NCBI GenBank assembly: GCA_964589825.1 | Contig: CAZPUS010000003.1 | Span: 64,275-128,274, forward strand | DNA: 64,000 nucleotides | DNA from: an uncultured Fibrobacterota bacterium | Lineage (GTDB): Bacteria > Fibrobacterota > Chitinivibrionia > Chitinivibrionales > WJKA01 | Reading direction: 5' to 3' | In this document: piece by piece, positions 9,954-18,769 of the stretch | Numbering within the stretch: position 1 is the stretch's first letter | How the letters are laid out: each line of letters starts with the position of its first letter | Program-made: the position numbers and the translations under genes | Notes under the pieces: model-generated | The model's database searches: none | What the model saw: only the letters and a program-made list of their open reading frames with translations | Told to the model about the DNA's origin: nothing

Positions 9954-10212
9954 CAGCCAGAACAACCTATCCTGCAGGATATATCCACCATCTTGGCAAT
10001 TATATCGCAGGCTGAACCCGGCCCATCTGTATACAGGCATTTTTTATTTTATAACAGATTAGCTTGCAGACTTCGCTGTAAGAGCTCAGCGACAGCTGAA
10101 CTCCTGTCGACCGCATACCTCCGGTTATACGCAACGAAGATCTGAACACACGATAACCGGTTACCTGGCGCGTCGCGAGTAACCCATTGCAAAGAATCTG
10201 CGCGTTTCCATC

Positions 10213-12015
10213 ATGTACACAGCACATCATATACGCAATTTCAGTATTATCGCCCATATCGATCACGGCAAATCCACTCTTTCCGACCGTCTGATAGAAC
10301 TGACCGGTACAATAGAAAAAGGGAAAATGCAATCCCAGATTCTTGATGATATGGATCTGGAACGCGAGCGTGGTATTACCATTAAATCACATCCTGTCAG
10401 GATGATCTACGACTACCCGGGTGACAATACAAAATATCAGCTCAATTTGATCGATACTCCGGGGCATGTCGATTTTTCCTATGAGGTATCTAAATCGCTC
10501 CATGCGTGTGAAGGTGCGATTCTGGTGGTAGACGCCACCCAGGGAATAGAGGCACAGACTCTTTCAAACATATATCTGGCTCTTGAAAACGAGCTGCCGA
10601 TAATTCCGGTCATTAATAAGACCGATCTGCCCTCGGCACACACCGAAAGCGTTAAAACCCAGATATGCGACCTGTTGGGCTCCAATCCAGATGAGATCCT
10701 CTGCTGCAGCGCCAAAACCGGTGAAGGTGTCCTGGATATCCTCGAGGCGATAATCACCCGGATTCCACCTCCGCAGGGACATCCGGATGCTCCCTTGAAG
10801 GCGCTGGTATTCGATTCGGTTTATGATTCGTATCGCGGAGCCATCGCCTATATTCGGATATTTGACGGATCGCTGAATGTGGGTGACGCTATCTCGCTGT
10901 ATGCGACAGCAACCGATTATGATGTGAGTGAAATCGGTTTTTTTAAGTTACGGCGCAATCCCACACAACGCCTTTGTGTTGGAGAAACCGGCTATCTGGT
11001 AGCGAGTATCAGGGAAGTCTCGGATATAAAAATCGGCGATACCGTCACGTTAAAGAATAATCCCGCCCCCAATCCCCTGCCGGGGTATAAAGAGATCAAG
11101 CCGATGATTTTCAGCGGGATTTACCCTGAAGAAAAAGACGATTATGAAAATGTCCGGCAATCTCTTGACAAACTCCGCCTCAACGATGCCTCGATCGTGT
11201 ATGAACCCGAATCTTCCCTGGCATTGGGGTTCGGATTCAGGGCTGGATTTTCGGGGCTGCTGCATATGCAGGTTGTACAGGAGCGCCTCGCGCGGGAATT
11301 CAATGTCGATATTATCACGACCACACCAAGTGTGCGTTACGAAATCGACCCGGTATCCGGAGAACCGTATTTTATCGACAGCCCGTCGAAAATGCCCGAT
11401 CCCAAAGATATACACGCGATACGCGAACCCGTATCTGCGGTGCAGATAGTAATACCGAGCGAATTTACGGGCGTAGTAATGAAATTATGCGAATCAAAAC
11501 GCGGACAGATGCAGCATATGGACTATCTCGAAACAACGCGGGTATGCCTCCACTACCGCATACCGCTTTCAGAGATGGTAATCGATTTTTTCGACAAACT
11601 CAAAAGCTGCACCAGAGGGTACGGATCGATGGATTACGAACTCGCGGGATACGAGCAACAGGATCTTATTCGTCTGGACGTCAAGATAAACGGCTCCCTC
11701 ATTGACGCTTTTTCAGCCATTGTACATCGTGAAAAGAGTTATGCATACGGCCAATACATCACCTCCAGGTTAAAGGAGCTGATACCCCGCCAGATGACCG
11801 AAGTCGCAATACAGGCTGCGATCGGCTCCCGGGTAATTGCCCGTACTACGGTGAAAGCATTACGTAAAAATGTTACCGCCAAATGTTATGGGGGTGATAT
11901 AACACGTAAGCGCAAGCTGATCGAAAAACAGAAAGAAGGGAAAAAGCGTATGAAGAAAGTAAGCAGCGTCGATATCCCCCAGGAAGCCTTTCTTGCGGTG
12001 CTGAAGGGAGAATAA
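10213..12015 (+). CDS. lepA: Translation elongation factor 4
   Basis: 600 aa. IRNFSIIAHIDHGKSTLSDRL, DTPGHVDF and NKTDL. Full-length LepA architecture. Confidence 0.95.
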   Translation: MYTAHHIRNFSIIAHIDHGKSTLSDRLIELTGTIEKGKMQSQILDDMDLERERGITIKSHPVRMIYDYPGDNTKYQLNLIDTPGHVDFSYEVSKSLHACEGAILVVDATQGIEAQTLSNIYLALENELPIIPVINKTDLPSAHTESVKTQICDLLGSNPDEILCCSAKTGEGVLDILEAIITRIPPPQGHPDAPLKALVFDSVYDSYRGAIAYIRIFDGSLNVGDAISLYATATDYDVSEIGFFKLRRNPTQRLCVGETGYLVASIREVSDIKIGDTVTLKNNPAPNPLPGYKEIKPMIFSGIYPEEKDDYENVRQSLDKLRLNDASIVYEPESSLALGFGFRAGFSGLLHMQVVQERLAREFNVDIITTTPSVRYEIDPVSGEPYFIDSPSKMPDPKDIHAIREPVSAVQIVIPSEFTGVVMKLCESKRGQMQHMDYLETTRVCLHYRIPLSEMVIDFFDKLKSCTRGYGSMDYELAGYEQQDLIRLDVKINGSLIDAFSAIVHREKSYAYGQYITSRLKELIPRQMTEVAIQAAIGSRVIARTTVKALRKNVTAKCYGGDITRKRKLIEKQKEGKKRMKKVSSVDIPQEAFLAVLKGE

Positions 12016-12977
12016 TGGCCACCAACCTTCAAACCAATAGCGGTAAGGTTTTCGAGCGTGACCTAAGAGCAAATATTTTCCGCATTCTTGCTTTTTTCAT
12101 TATTCTTGCAATTGCGCTCATATTTATAAAACGATTCGTTGGGAACACGTTTGTCCTTCAAACCAACCATATGGCACCCAAGCTTCGTTCGGGAGATCGT
12201 ATCCTCGTTCTTCGCCCTCCTCTCCATTCGGTAATTCGTACCATATTTCCGCTTCGATACCGGCAGACGGTCGTGTTCCGATATCCCCATAAAAAAAAGG
12301 ACCCGGACTGCCTTCATATTGCAGCGATACCGGGTGACACCTTTGCAATTCACCGGGGAAAGGGATTTAATATTACACAGGACAGCATGGTCATCGACTC
12401 AATCGACACCGCAGATGTAATCGATTCTCTTTATTCAATACGTGACTACATGCCTCCCTGCATTCTGCCGAAAAAAGGAGATACCATACAGCTGGAGTCT
12501 CTCTCTTTCCGCATGACATTATTTGTGTTCGATATTATTTGCCGCGAAAACGACAATAAGAATTATGCACTTGATATCGAGCTTTTACTCGATTCGACAG
12601 ATTACACAGACTCGGCCTTCAACGATTTCACTTTGTATCAGGGTACATTCGATACCCTCCCCATACACCTGAAAAAAGATGCCACCTTCTGGAAAAGGTT
12701 CAGGGTCTATCTGAGATTCAAGGAATTCACGGATATTTCACTCTCAACCACTATTACCCTCGATAATATGGAAGTTTTCCGCTACATCTTCAGGGATTCA
12801 TATTATTTTTTACTCGGAGAAAACTGGAAAGAGAGTTATGATTCTCGCTATTTCGGCCCAATAGGGTATCGCGATATTAGCGCAAGCGTTGTAGGTGTTC
12901 TTTGGTCACGCCAGAGAAGAGATTCCACTCATCAGGCCCAATGGCGCTTCAACCGGATTTTAAAAGTTATCCACTAA
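12015..12977 (+). CDS. Signal peptidase I (S26) family homologue with both catalytic-dyad positions substituted
   Basis: 320 aa with an N-terminal TM. Box E GENWKESYDSRYFGPI is conserved. Box B reads TNHMAPKL (Ser to His) and box D reads CLHIAAIPGDTF (Lys to Leu), by eye alignment to B. subtilis SipS. The start is coupled to the lepA stop (TAATG). Confidence 0.7.
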   Translation: MATNLQTNSGKVFERDLRANIFRILAFFIILAIALIFIKRFVGNTFVLQTNHMAPKLRSGDRILVLRPPLHSVIRTIFPLRYRQTVVFRYPHKKKDPDCLHIAAIPGDTFAIHRGKGFNITQDSMVIDSIDTADVIDSLYSIRDYMPPCILPKKGDTIQLESLSFRMTLFVFDIICRENDNKNYALDIELLLDSTDYTDSAFNDFTLYQGTFDTLPIHLKKDATFWKRFRVYLRFKEFTDISLSTTITLDNMEVFRYIFRDSYYFLLGENWKESYDSRYFGPIGYRDISASVVGVLWSRQRRDSTHQAQWRFNRILKVIH

Positions 12978-13022
12978 GACGCGATCGCGGGTATTGTTTC
13001 TTCTAACAACGAATAGCCTATC

Positions 13023-14216
13023 ATGAAAAAACGTCACGGATATTTCGGCTCATTCGGAGGGCAATACGCCCCCGAAGTCCTCATGCCTGCACTCAGGCAA
13101 CTGCAGGAGGCATATTCCGCTTTTAAAAAAGATGCCGCCTGGAATACCCGTTATCGATCTCTCTTGTCAACCTATTGCGGGCGTCCTACGCCGCTATACC
13201 ATGCCGAAAACCTCAGCGAAAAGCTCGGGGGTATACGCCTTTACCTCAAACGGGAAGATCTCAATCATACCGGTGCGCATAAAATCAACAACGCAATCGG
13301 GCAGTGTCTGCTTGCCGATTATATGGGTAAAAAGAGAATAATCGCCGAAACCGGGGCTGGCCAGCATGGTGTTGCGGTGGCTACCGCCGCAGCCCTGCTC
13401 AATAAAGAGTGTCATATTTATATGGGTGACGAAGACATGCAGCGTCAGCGTCCAAACGTCTTCAGAATGCAGCTTCTTGGTGCGGAAGTAATCCCGGTAC
13501 ATTCCGGCGGGAAAACGCTCAAGGACGCAGTAAACGAAACCATGCGTGACTGGAGCGGCTCTGTAGAATCGACTCATTATATCGTGGGATCGACCGTTGG
13601 CCCGCACCCGTTCCCTACAATAGTAAAAGAGTTCCAGAGCGTAATCGGCAGAGAGACCAAACGACAGATTAAAAAAGCAGAAGGAAAATCGGCGGACGAA
13701 ATCGTAGCCTGTGTCGGCGGCGGCTCCAACTCGCTGGGAATATTCTCGGCATTCCTCTCCGATGAATCGGTCGTGCTGACCGGGGTAGAGGCCGGAGGAA
13801 AAGGAATCTCGGGCAAAGCGCACGCGGTTCGACTCACTCCGAATTCTCTCTCCTGTCCCGGCATTTTTCACAGTTCCCATTCTTATGTACTTCAGGACCG
13901 CTACGGTCAGATACATAATACGCATTCGGTTTCGGCAGGGCTCGATTACAGCGGTGTCGGCCCGCAACATGCACAATTGTATGAGTGCGGTCGGGTTCAT
14001 TACACATATGCCACCGATAAAAGTGCAGTACATGCATTCAAGACACTGTGCAGCGTAGAAGGAATCATTCCCGCACTCGAGTCGTCGCATGCACTCGCAT
14101 ACGTTTTAGAAAATGCAGCTGCAATGGAAAAGGGGCGTGTCGTAATTGTCAACCTTTCAGGGAGGGGTGACAAGGACATCTTTCATATTGCCGAATATAC
14201 GGGAGAAAAAATATGA
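13023..14216 (+). CDS. trpB: Tryptophan synthase beta chain
   Basis: 397 aa. [16 protein letters not shown] (PLP lysine), GAGQHG and GGGSN. Confidence 0.95.
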   Translation: MKKRHGYFGSFGGQYAPEVLMPALRQLQEAYSAFKKDAAWNTRYRSLLSTYCGRPTPLYHAENLSEKLGGIRLYLKREDLNHTGAHKINNAIGQCLLADYMGKKRIIAETGAGQHGVAVATAAALLNKECHIYMGDEDMQRQRPNVFRMQLLGAEVIPVHSGGKTLKDAVNETMRDWSGSVESTHYIVGSTVGPHPFPTIVKEFQSVIGRETKRQIKKAEGKSADEIVACVGGGSNSLGIFSAFLSDESVVLTGVEAGGKGISGKAHAVRLTPNSLSCPGIFHSSHSYVLQDRYGQIHNTHSVSAGLDYSGVGPQHAQLYECGRVHYTYATDKSAVHAFKTLCSVEGIIPALESSHALAYVLENAAAMEKGRVVIVNLSGRGDKDIFHIAEYTGEKI

Positions 14217-15022
14217 GCCGGTATGCAAAAACCTTCGAACGCCTCCGGCAGCGCACTGAAGGCGCATTCATCCCTTTTGCCATGGCCGGAGATCCCGATA
14301 TCGGTCTCAGTGAACGCATATTTAAAACGTACATCGACAACGGCGCGGATATCCTCGAGATAGGCTACCCATTCTCCGATCCGATTGCGGACGGAGCGGT
14401 CAACCAGCGCGCGGCACAACGCGCGATTCATTCCGGCATTACACCTGCACGTTTTTTCCAATTGTTATCCCGATTGCGCAACTACGCTCCGGATACCCCT
14501 TTTGGTCTTTTATGTTATGCGAACACCCTGTATCGATACGGATACGATCGATTTTGTCGTGATCTGTCACGCGTTGGCGTAGACAGTGTGCTTATCGCCG
14601 ACTGCCCTCCCCACGAAGCGCCTTCATTGCACACGGCGCTTTCCCGTTACGGGATCGATCGCGTTTTCATAGTATCCGAACTTACCCCGAACATGCGCAT
14701 ACAAACAATTGCAAAAGATGCGGGAGGTTTCATTTATGTTGTCAGCAGGCTTGGTCCTACCGGCACGCATGCCCATATGGACAAAAATTTAAAAAAAACC
14801 CTCGCACGCATCAAGCAATATACTTCTCTTCCCTTGTGCGTTGGTTTCGGAATATCCACTCCCGACGATGTAATGCAGGTGTTGTCGGCCGGTGCAGACG
14901 GAGCTATCGTAGGCAGCGCTCTTGTACAACATATCGACCGTTATGATTCGACCGATCATCTTTGTCGGAAATTCGCATCAAGTATCCGTTCCTTCAAAAA
15001 AGCGACCAGGCAAGCGAAATAA
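14213..15022 (+). CDS. trpA: Tryptophan synthase alpha chain
   Basis: 269 aa. 4-nt overlap with trp[25 protein letters not shown] and GFGIS. Confidence 0.92.
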   Translation: MSRYAKTFERLRQRTEGAFIPFAMAGDPDIGLSERIFKTYIDNGADILEIGYPFSDPIADGAVNQRAAQRAIHSGITPARFFQLLSRLRNYAPDTPFGLLCYANTLYRYGYDRFCRDLSRVGVDSVLIADCPPHEAPSLHTALSRYGIDRVFIVSELTPNMRIQTIAKDAGGFIYVVSRLGPTGTHAHMDKNLKKTLARIKQYTSLPLCVGFGISTPDDVMQVLSAGADGAIVGSALVQHIDRYDSTDHLCRKFASSIRSFKKATRQAK

Positions 15023-15037
15023 GCATAGGATAGACGG

Positions 15038-15775
15038 ATGAATACATTACAGATAGAAAATATCGCTCTTGTTCTGGAAGGTCTTGAAGAAGAGATTATT
15101 TCCAAACTCATTAACAGGATTCAATTCTGCCGCAACGACATCATATATCAGGAAGGGAAAAGTGGATTCCAACATGAAGAACACAGAAGCCTTTTCGAGT
15201 TACGGCTTTACTACCAGGAACACATGGATGCCCAGTTCGGACGATTCTGTATACCGGAAGAACGCCCTTTTTCTACACAACTGCCGCCACCAAAACGGCA
15301 CGTAAACGTCAATGCGCAGGTGCTGAAAATCGACAATTATAATCATGTCAACCTGTGCAATAAAATCCTTAAAAGCTATTCCCGACTGTGTGAATGGATG
15401 TGCACTCCCGGAGACGATGCACAGCACGGATCGAGTGTTGAACATGACGTATATGCGCTACAGGCGATCGCCCGCCGCATTCATTACGGATCATTCTATG
15501 TCGCGGAAAGCAAATATCGTGTGGATTCGACTGAGTATGACAGGCTTATAGATGAAGGCAACAGGGACGCAATCGAGCAAAAGCTTACGCGGGCGGATGT
15601 GGAGGGAAAAATTCTCAACAGGGTGCACGACAAAGTGAGTGGAATTCAACATGGGGTAAATACAAAAATACGACGAACCATCGATCCCGATATTGTGCTT
15701 GCATACTACCGGGATCACCTTATTCCGATGACTAAAGAGGGTGAAATCCTTTATCTGATGCACCGCATCAGATAA
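15038..15775 (+). CDS. Chorismate mutase, eukaryotic (yeast Aro7-like) AroQ type
   Basis: 245 aa. ARRIHYGSFYVAESKY, VEGKILNRV and IPMTKEGEILYLMHRI parallel yeast Aro7 SRRIHFGKFVAEAKF, VEEKILERL and IPITKEVEVEYLLRRL. It sits between trpA and tyrA. Confidence 0.8.
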   Translation: MNTLQIENIALVLEGLEEEIISKLINRIQFCRNDIIYQEGKSGFQHEEHRSLFELRLYYQEHMDAQFGRFCIPEERPFSTQLPPPKRHVNVNAQVLKIDNYNHVNLCNKILKSYSRLCEWMCTPGDDAQHGSSVEHDVYALQAIARRIHYGSFYVAESKYRVDSTEYDRLIDEGNRDAIEQKLTRADVEGKILNRVHDKVSGIQHGVNTKIRRTIDPDIVLAYYRDHLIPMTKEGEILYLMHRIR

Positions 15776-15791
15776 AGGATTTCGGGATACA

Positions 15792-16949
15792 ATGCCGGTT
15801 CGAGATTTTATCCGAACATACAGTCAAAAGCGAGACCACATGCAGTATTATCCAAATCGTATTCTGATTTACAGTGTGGGGCTTCTTGGTGCCTCATTCG
15901 GAGCTGCACTCAAAGAATCCGGATTCCAGGGCCATATCATCGGTGCGTCATCCTCCGCAAACATCGCGCGTGCACTCGAGTTAGGCTGTATAGACGAAGG
16001 CTGCGGATATGATGACGCCTGGCAGCATGCGATGCACTCAGATCTTATTATTCTTTGCTCACCGATCCGGATTATCCAGAACACGATAGACAAGCTGTCA
16101 TCGATATCTCTAAAATCCGGATGTATAGTGACCGATATCGGCAGCACTAAACATGAAATCATGAAAACCGCGCAACCAATTTTTGAAAACCGGGATGCAC
16201 TGTTTATCGGTGGCCATCCAATGGCGGGATCGGAAAAAAGCGGCCCGGATGCATCCGATCCTTACATCTTCCAGAATGCACTCTATGTACTCACTTCGTC
16301 CTCGAATCCCCCGCGTGATGTGGAAACCGCGTTTGCACGCTTTCTTTCCACTTACCTGGGATGCAACACCATGTTTCTCGAACCACAGGTACACGATCAT
16401 ATCGCAGCGGCGATAAGCCACGTCCCTCACCTGCTTTCTGTCGCTCTTGTCAAGCTTGCTGCAGACATGCAGAAAAAACATCCGGACACCTTTAATCTCG
16501 CTGCGGGAGGCTTCAGGGACATGACGAGAATTGCCTCGTCTCCATATCGCATGTGGCATGATATCCTGACAACCAATACACCTTATATACGGGAATGCCT
16601 GCACAACTATATCTCGTTGCTGCAACAGATGAACACGCAGCTTGAAGCAGGTTCGCTCGAAGATTGTTTTGAATTCGCCCGAAAAACCAAACAGCAGATC
16701 CCCTCCCGTAAAAAAGGCTTCCTTTCCGAGATGAGTGAAGTACTCGTTACCACACAGGACAAGCCCGGAATCATCGCTTCTATCGCGACGATATTGGCTG
16801 AAAATAATATCAATATCAGCGATATGGAAGTAATGAAGGTGCGGGAAGGCGAAGGGGGAACGATCAAACTTGCATTCTCCTCACACGAAGCGGCGGAATC
16901 CGCGATCGAACTTCTCACCAATTCCGGTTTCTCCGCCCGTGAACGATAG
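15792..16949 (+). CDS. tyrA: Prephenate dehydrogenase with C-terminal ACT domain
   Basis: 385 aa. Rossmann motif YSVGLLGASFG, catalytic GGHPMAGSEKSG and a C-terminal ACT-like region (VTTQDKPGIIASIATILAENNINI). An alternative start is at 15840. Confidence 0.88.
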   Translation: MPVRDFIRTYSQKRDHMQYYPNRILIYSVGLLGASFGAALKESGFQGHIIGASSSANIARALELGCIDEGCGYDDAWQHAMHSDLIILCSPIRIIQNTIDKLSSISLKSGCIVTDIGSTKHEIMKTAQPIFENRDALFIGGHPMAGSEKSGPDASDPYIFQNALYVLTSSSNPPRDVETAFARFLSTYLGCNTMFLEPQVHDHIAAAISHVPHLLSVALVKLAADMQKKHPDTFNLAAGGFRDMTRIASSPYRMWHDILTTNTPYIRECLHNYISLLQQMNTQLEAGSLEDCFEFARKTKQQIPSRKKGFLSEMSEVLVTTQDKPGIIASIATILAENNINISDMEVMKVREGEGGTIKLAFSSHEAAESAIELLTNSGFSARER

Positions 16950-16951
16950 GT

Positions 16952-18319
16952 TTGTTAATGTACACCATATATCCAGCAAAATCGATCGAAGGTACGATAC
17001 GAATACCCCCCGATACCGATGCGTTCGTTACAGCCGCTCTCATGGCGATCGCTACTCGTATCCCTGCGAGGCTTTTTCCTGTTCCCGCATCTTCGGACTA
17101 TTTAGAGTTCTGGATGGATCGACTCTCCTCCCGGGTAACGCTACAGGAACAGGAAGATGAAAGTATCCTCTGTTCTCCGATTTCATCCCCGCAACGGCTG
17201 TGGGATCTTTCACCCGAGACGCTGCCTTGCACGGAATTCAGCCTTTTTCTTCTTCTTGCCGCAGGCCACGTATTTCCAATATCCTCTTTGGCCAGACACA
17301 CTTTGGAATCATGGCAGGAAACCGCCCGGCAATGCGGATGCAAAATCATACAATACGAAGAAAACCACGAATCGGCTATCCGTTTTGACAAAAGCGATGG
17401 ATTTCGATCTCCACGTGCTTCTCTGTCGTCAGAGGAGCTCCTCCGTTGCCTTGGCATTGCATGCAGCCTCGGTCAGAATTGCTCGGTGCAATGTCATGTT
17501 TCCCCTCCACCGTTTTTTCGGCATATTCTCGAAGCATTCGGATGCAGGATTACCCTGTACAACAGCAGGGACACAAAAAAAGAGGACCCCATAACACGAC
17601 GTCTTAAATTTTTAAAAAAGGATAGTAGGCCTGCGCTACAACATATCGATGTTAATTGTATCCGCAAACCACCAAAGCAAGCGCATGCCCCGGTTCTCGA
17701 TATCTCCATTCCGGGAGACCGGACATTCAGTGCATTGCTTATTGCTGCACGCACTATAATTCCAAAGGGCTTTCTGGCGCTTGATAACGTGCTGCTGGAG
17801 CCCCAATCACTCCCTGTACTTTCATTCGTCAAGCGGGCAGGTGCGTCCCTGCACTGTACCACTGATACAACCACATCGTTTGGCAACTGCGGTACGATAA
17901 AAATCGAATCCGGCTCTCTCGCGGGAAGAAAGATGGATTGTACACCCGGATCGTACACTATCGAATATGTCCCGGCAATGTCTATTATCGCGGCATACAT
18001 CCGGAAAAAAAATATATTCAAAGGACTCTCGCATGTCCGGGACTATACATCCGATCCGCTTGCCGTATGGAGTGCAGCGATTTCTCACATTGGCGTACGC
18101 CACGGTCTAATGCCGGAAGGAATTGTCATCGAAGGTACGAAACAATACGATGGGTTCGATCTCAATAAAAAATCACCGTGTCTTCTTCCGTCATACATGA
18201 GTGGTGCGTGTGCCGTGGCCGCTTTGCGGTGCATGGGGAAAAGTACCATAGATCAGCCATCCCTTACCGCTCGGTGGCCCGATTTCTTCAATATTATCGA
18301 TACGGTATGTCACAGGTAA
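16952..18319 (+). CDS. EPSP-synthase (AroA) fold homologue lacking the canonical ligand-binding residues
   Basis: 455 aa, probable ATG at 16958. Collinear with E. coli AroA: IEGTIRIPPDTDAF vs VDGTINLPGSKSVS, LSSEELL vs VSSQFLT, IPGDRTFSALLIAA vs VEGDASSASYFLAA, ARWPDFF vs KTFPDYF. K22, R27, N94/G96, D313, K340/E341/R344 and H385/R386 are all substituted. Confidence 0.65.
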   Translation: MLMYTIYPAKSIEGTIRIPPDTDAFVTAALMAIATRIPARLFPVPASSDYLEFWMDRLSSRVTLQEQEDESILCSPISSPQRLWDLSPETLPCTEFSLFLLLAAGHVFPISSLARHTLESWQETARQCGCKIIQYEENHESAIRFDKSDGFRSPRASLSSEELLRCLGIACSLGQNCSVQCHVSPPPFFRHILEAFGCRITLYNSRDTKKEDPITRRLKFLKKDSRPALQHIDVNCIRKPPKQAHAPVLDISIPGDRTFSALLIAARTIIPKGFLALDNVLLEPQSLPVLSFVKRAGASLHCTTDTTTSFGNCGTIKIESGSLAGRKMDCTPGSYTIEYVPAMSIIAAYIRKKNIFKGLSHVRDYTSDPLAVWSAAISHIGVRHGLMPEGIVIEGTKQYDGFDLNKKSPCLLPSYMSGACAVAALRCMGKSTIDQPSLTARWPDFFNIIDTVCHR

Positions 18320-18525
18320 CGAGCAAAAATCTTATCACGCGTATCGTTATATAAACAAACCGGCGCAATGCTGCCCAATTCGATATTTTCCACCCCTGAG
18401 GGATTGTATCCGCGATATCTGGGGTAAACGGCGCCGCTTCTGCACAGAAGAAAATATTACTGTTCCTCTTTACAGTCTGCGTAAGACGTGCCCCGGAGGA
18501 AGGTAAATCACGCGATCCTTATTAC

Positions 18526-18560
18526 CCCGGATTAACCCGTCGGGCTCATCCGGGATTTTT
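18526..18560 (+). terminator. Possible terminator of the aromatic operon
   Basis: Stem cccggat (18526-18532) / atccggg (18548-18554) followed by atttttgt. The loop is long (15 nt), so the call is tentative. Confidence 0.35.
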
Positions 18561-18769
18561 GTACAAATACATCATGTCTGTCTATATCTTCCCGTTGCCG
18601 TTTGCTGTACGATGTATTACTTCGTATTCAGCCGAGTCTGTGCACTATCGTAAAAACCCGCGTAATTGCCTCCCAATCCATCATACAAAAATCCACCCTG
18701 CCCAAAAAACATCTCTGCATGATTACACCGAACCCGACACGGATGTAATGCCCCCGTGTCCATTCCCAA

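Noticed and set aside
9705-10145. 146-aa ORF in the cheX/lepA divergent spacer
   Set aside because: It has no SD or motif, and it overlaps a copy of the palindromic repeat (9819-9953). Repeat sequence is more likely than coding sequence.
13194-14090. 298-aa minus-strand ORF inside trpB
   Set aside because: It is antisense to a textbook TrpB (PLP-lysine motif HTGAHKINN), with no start context or motif. A shadow ORF.
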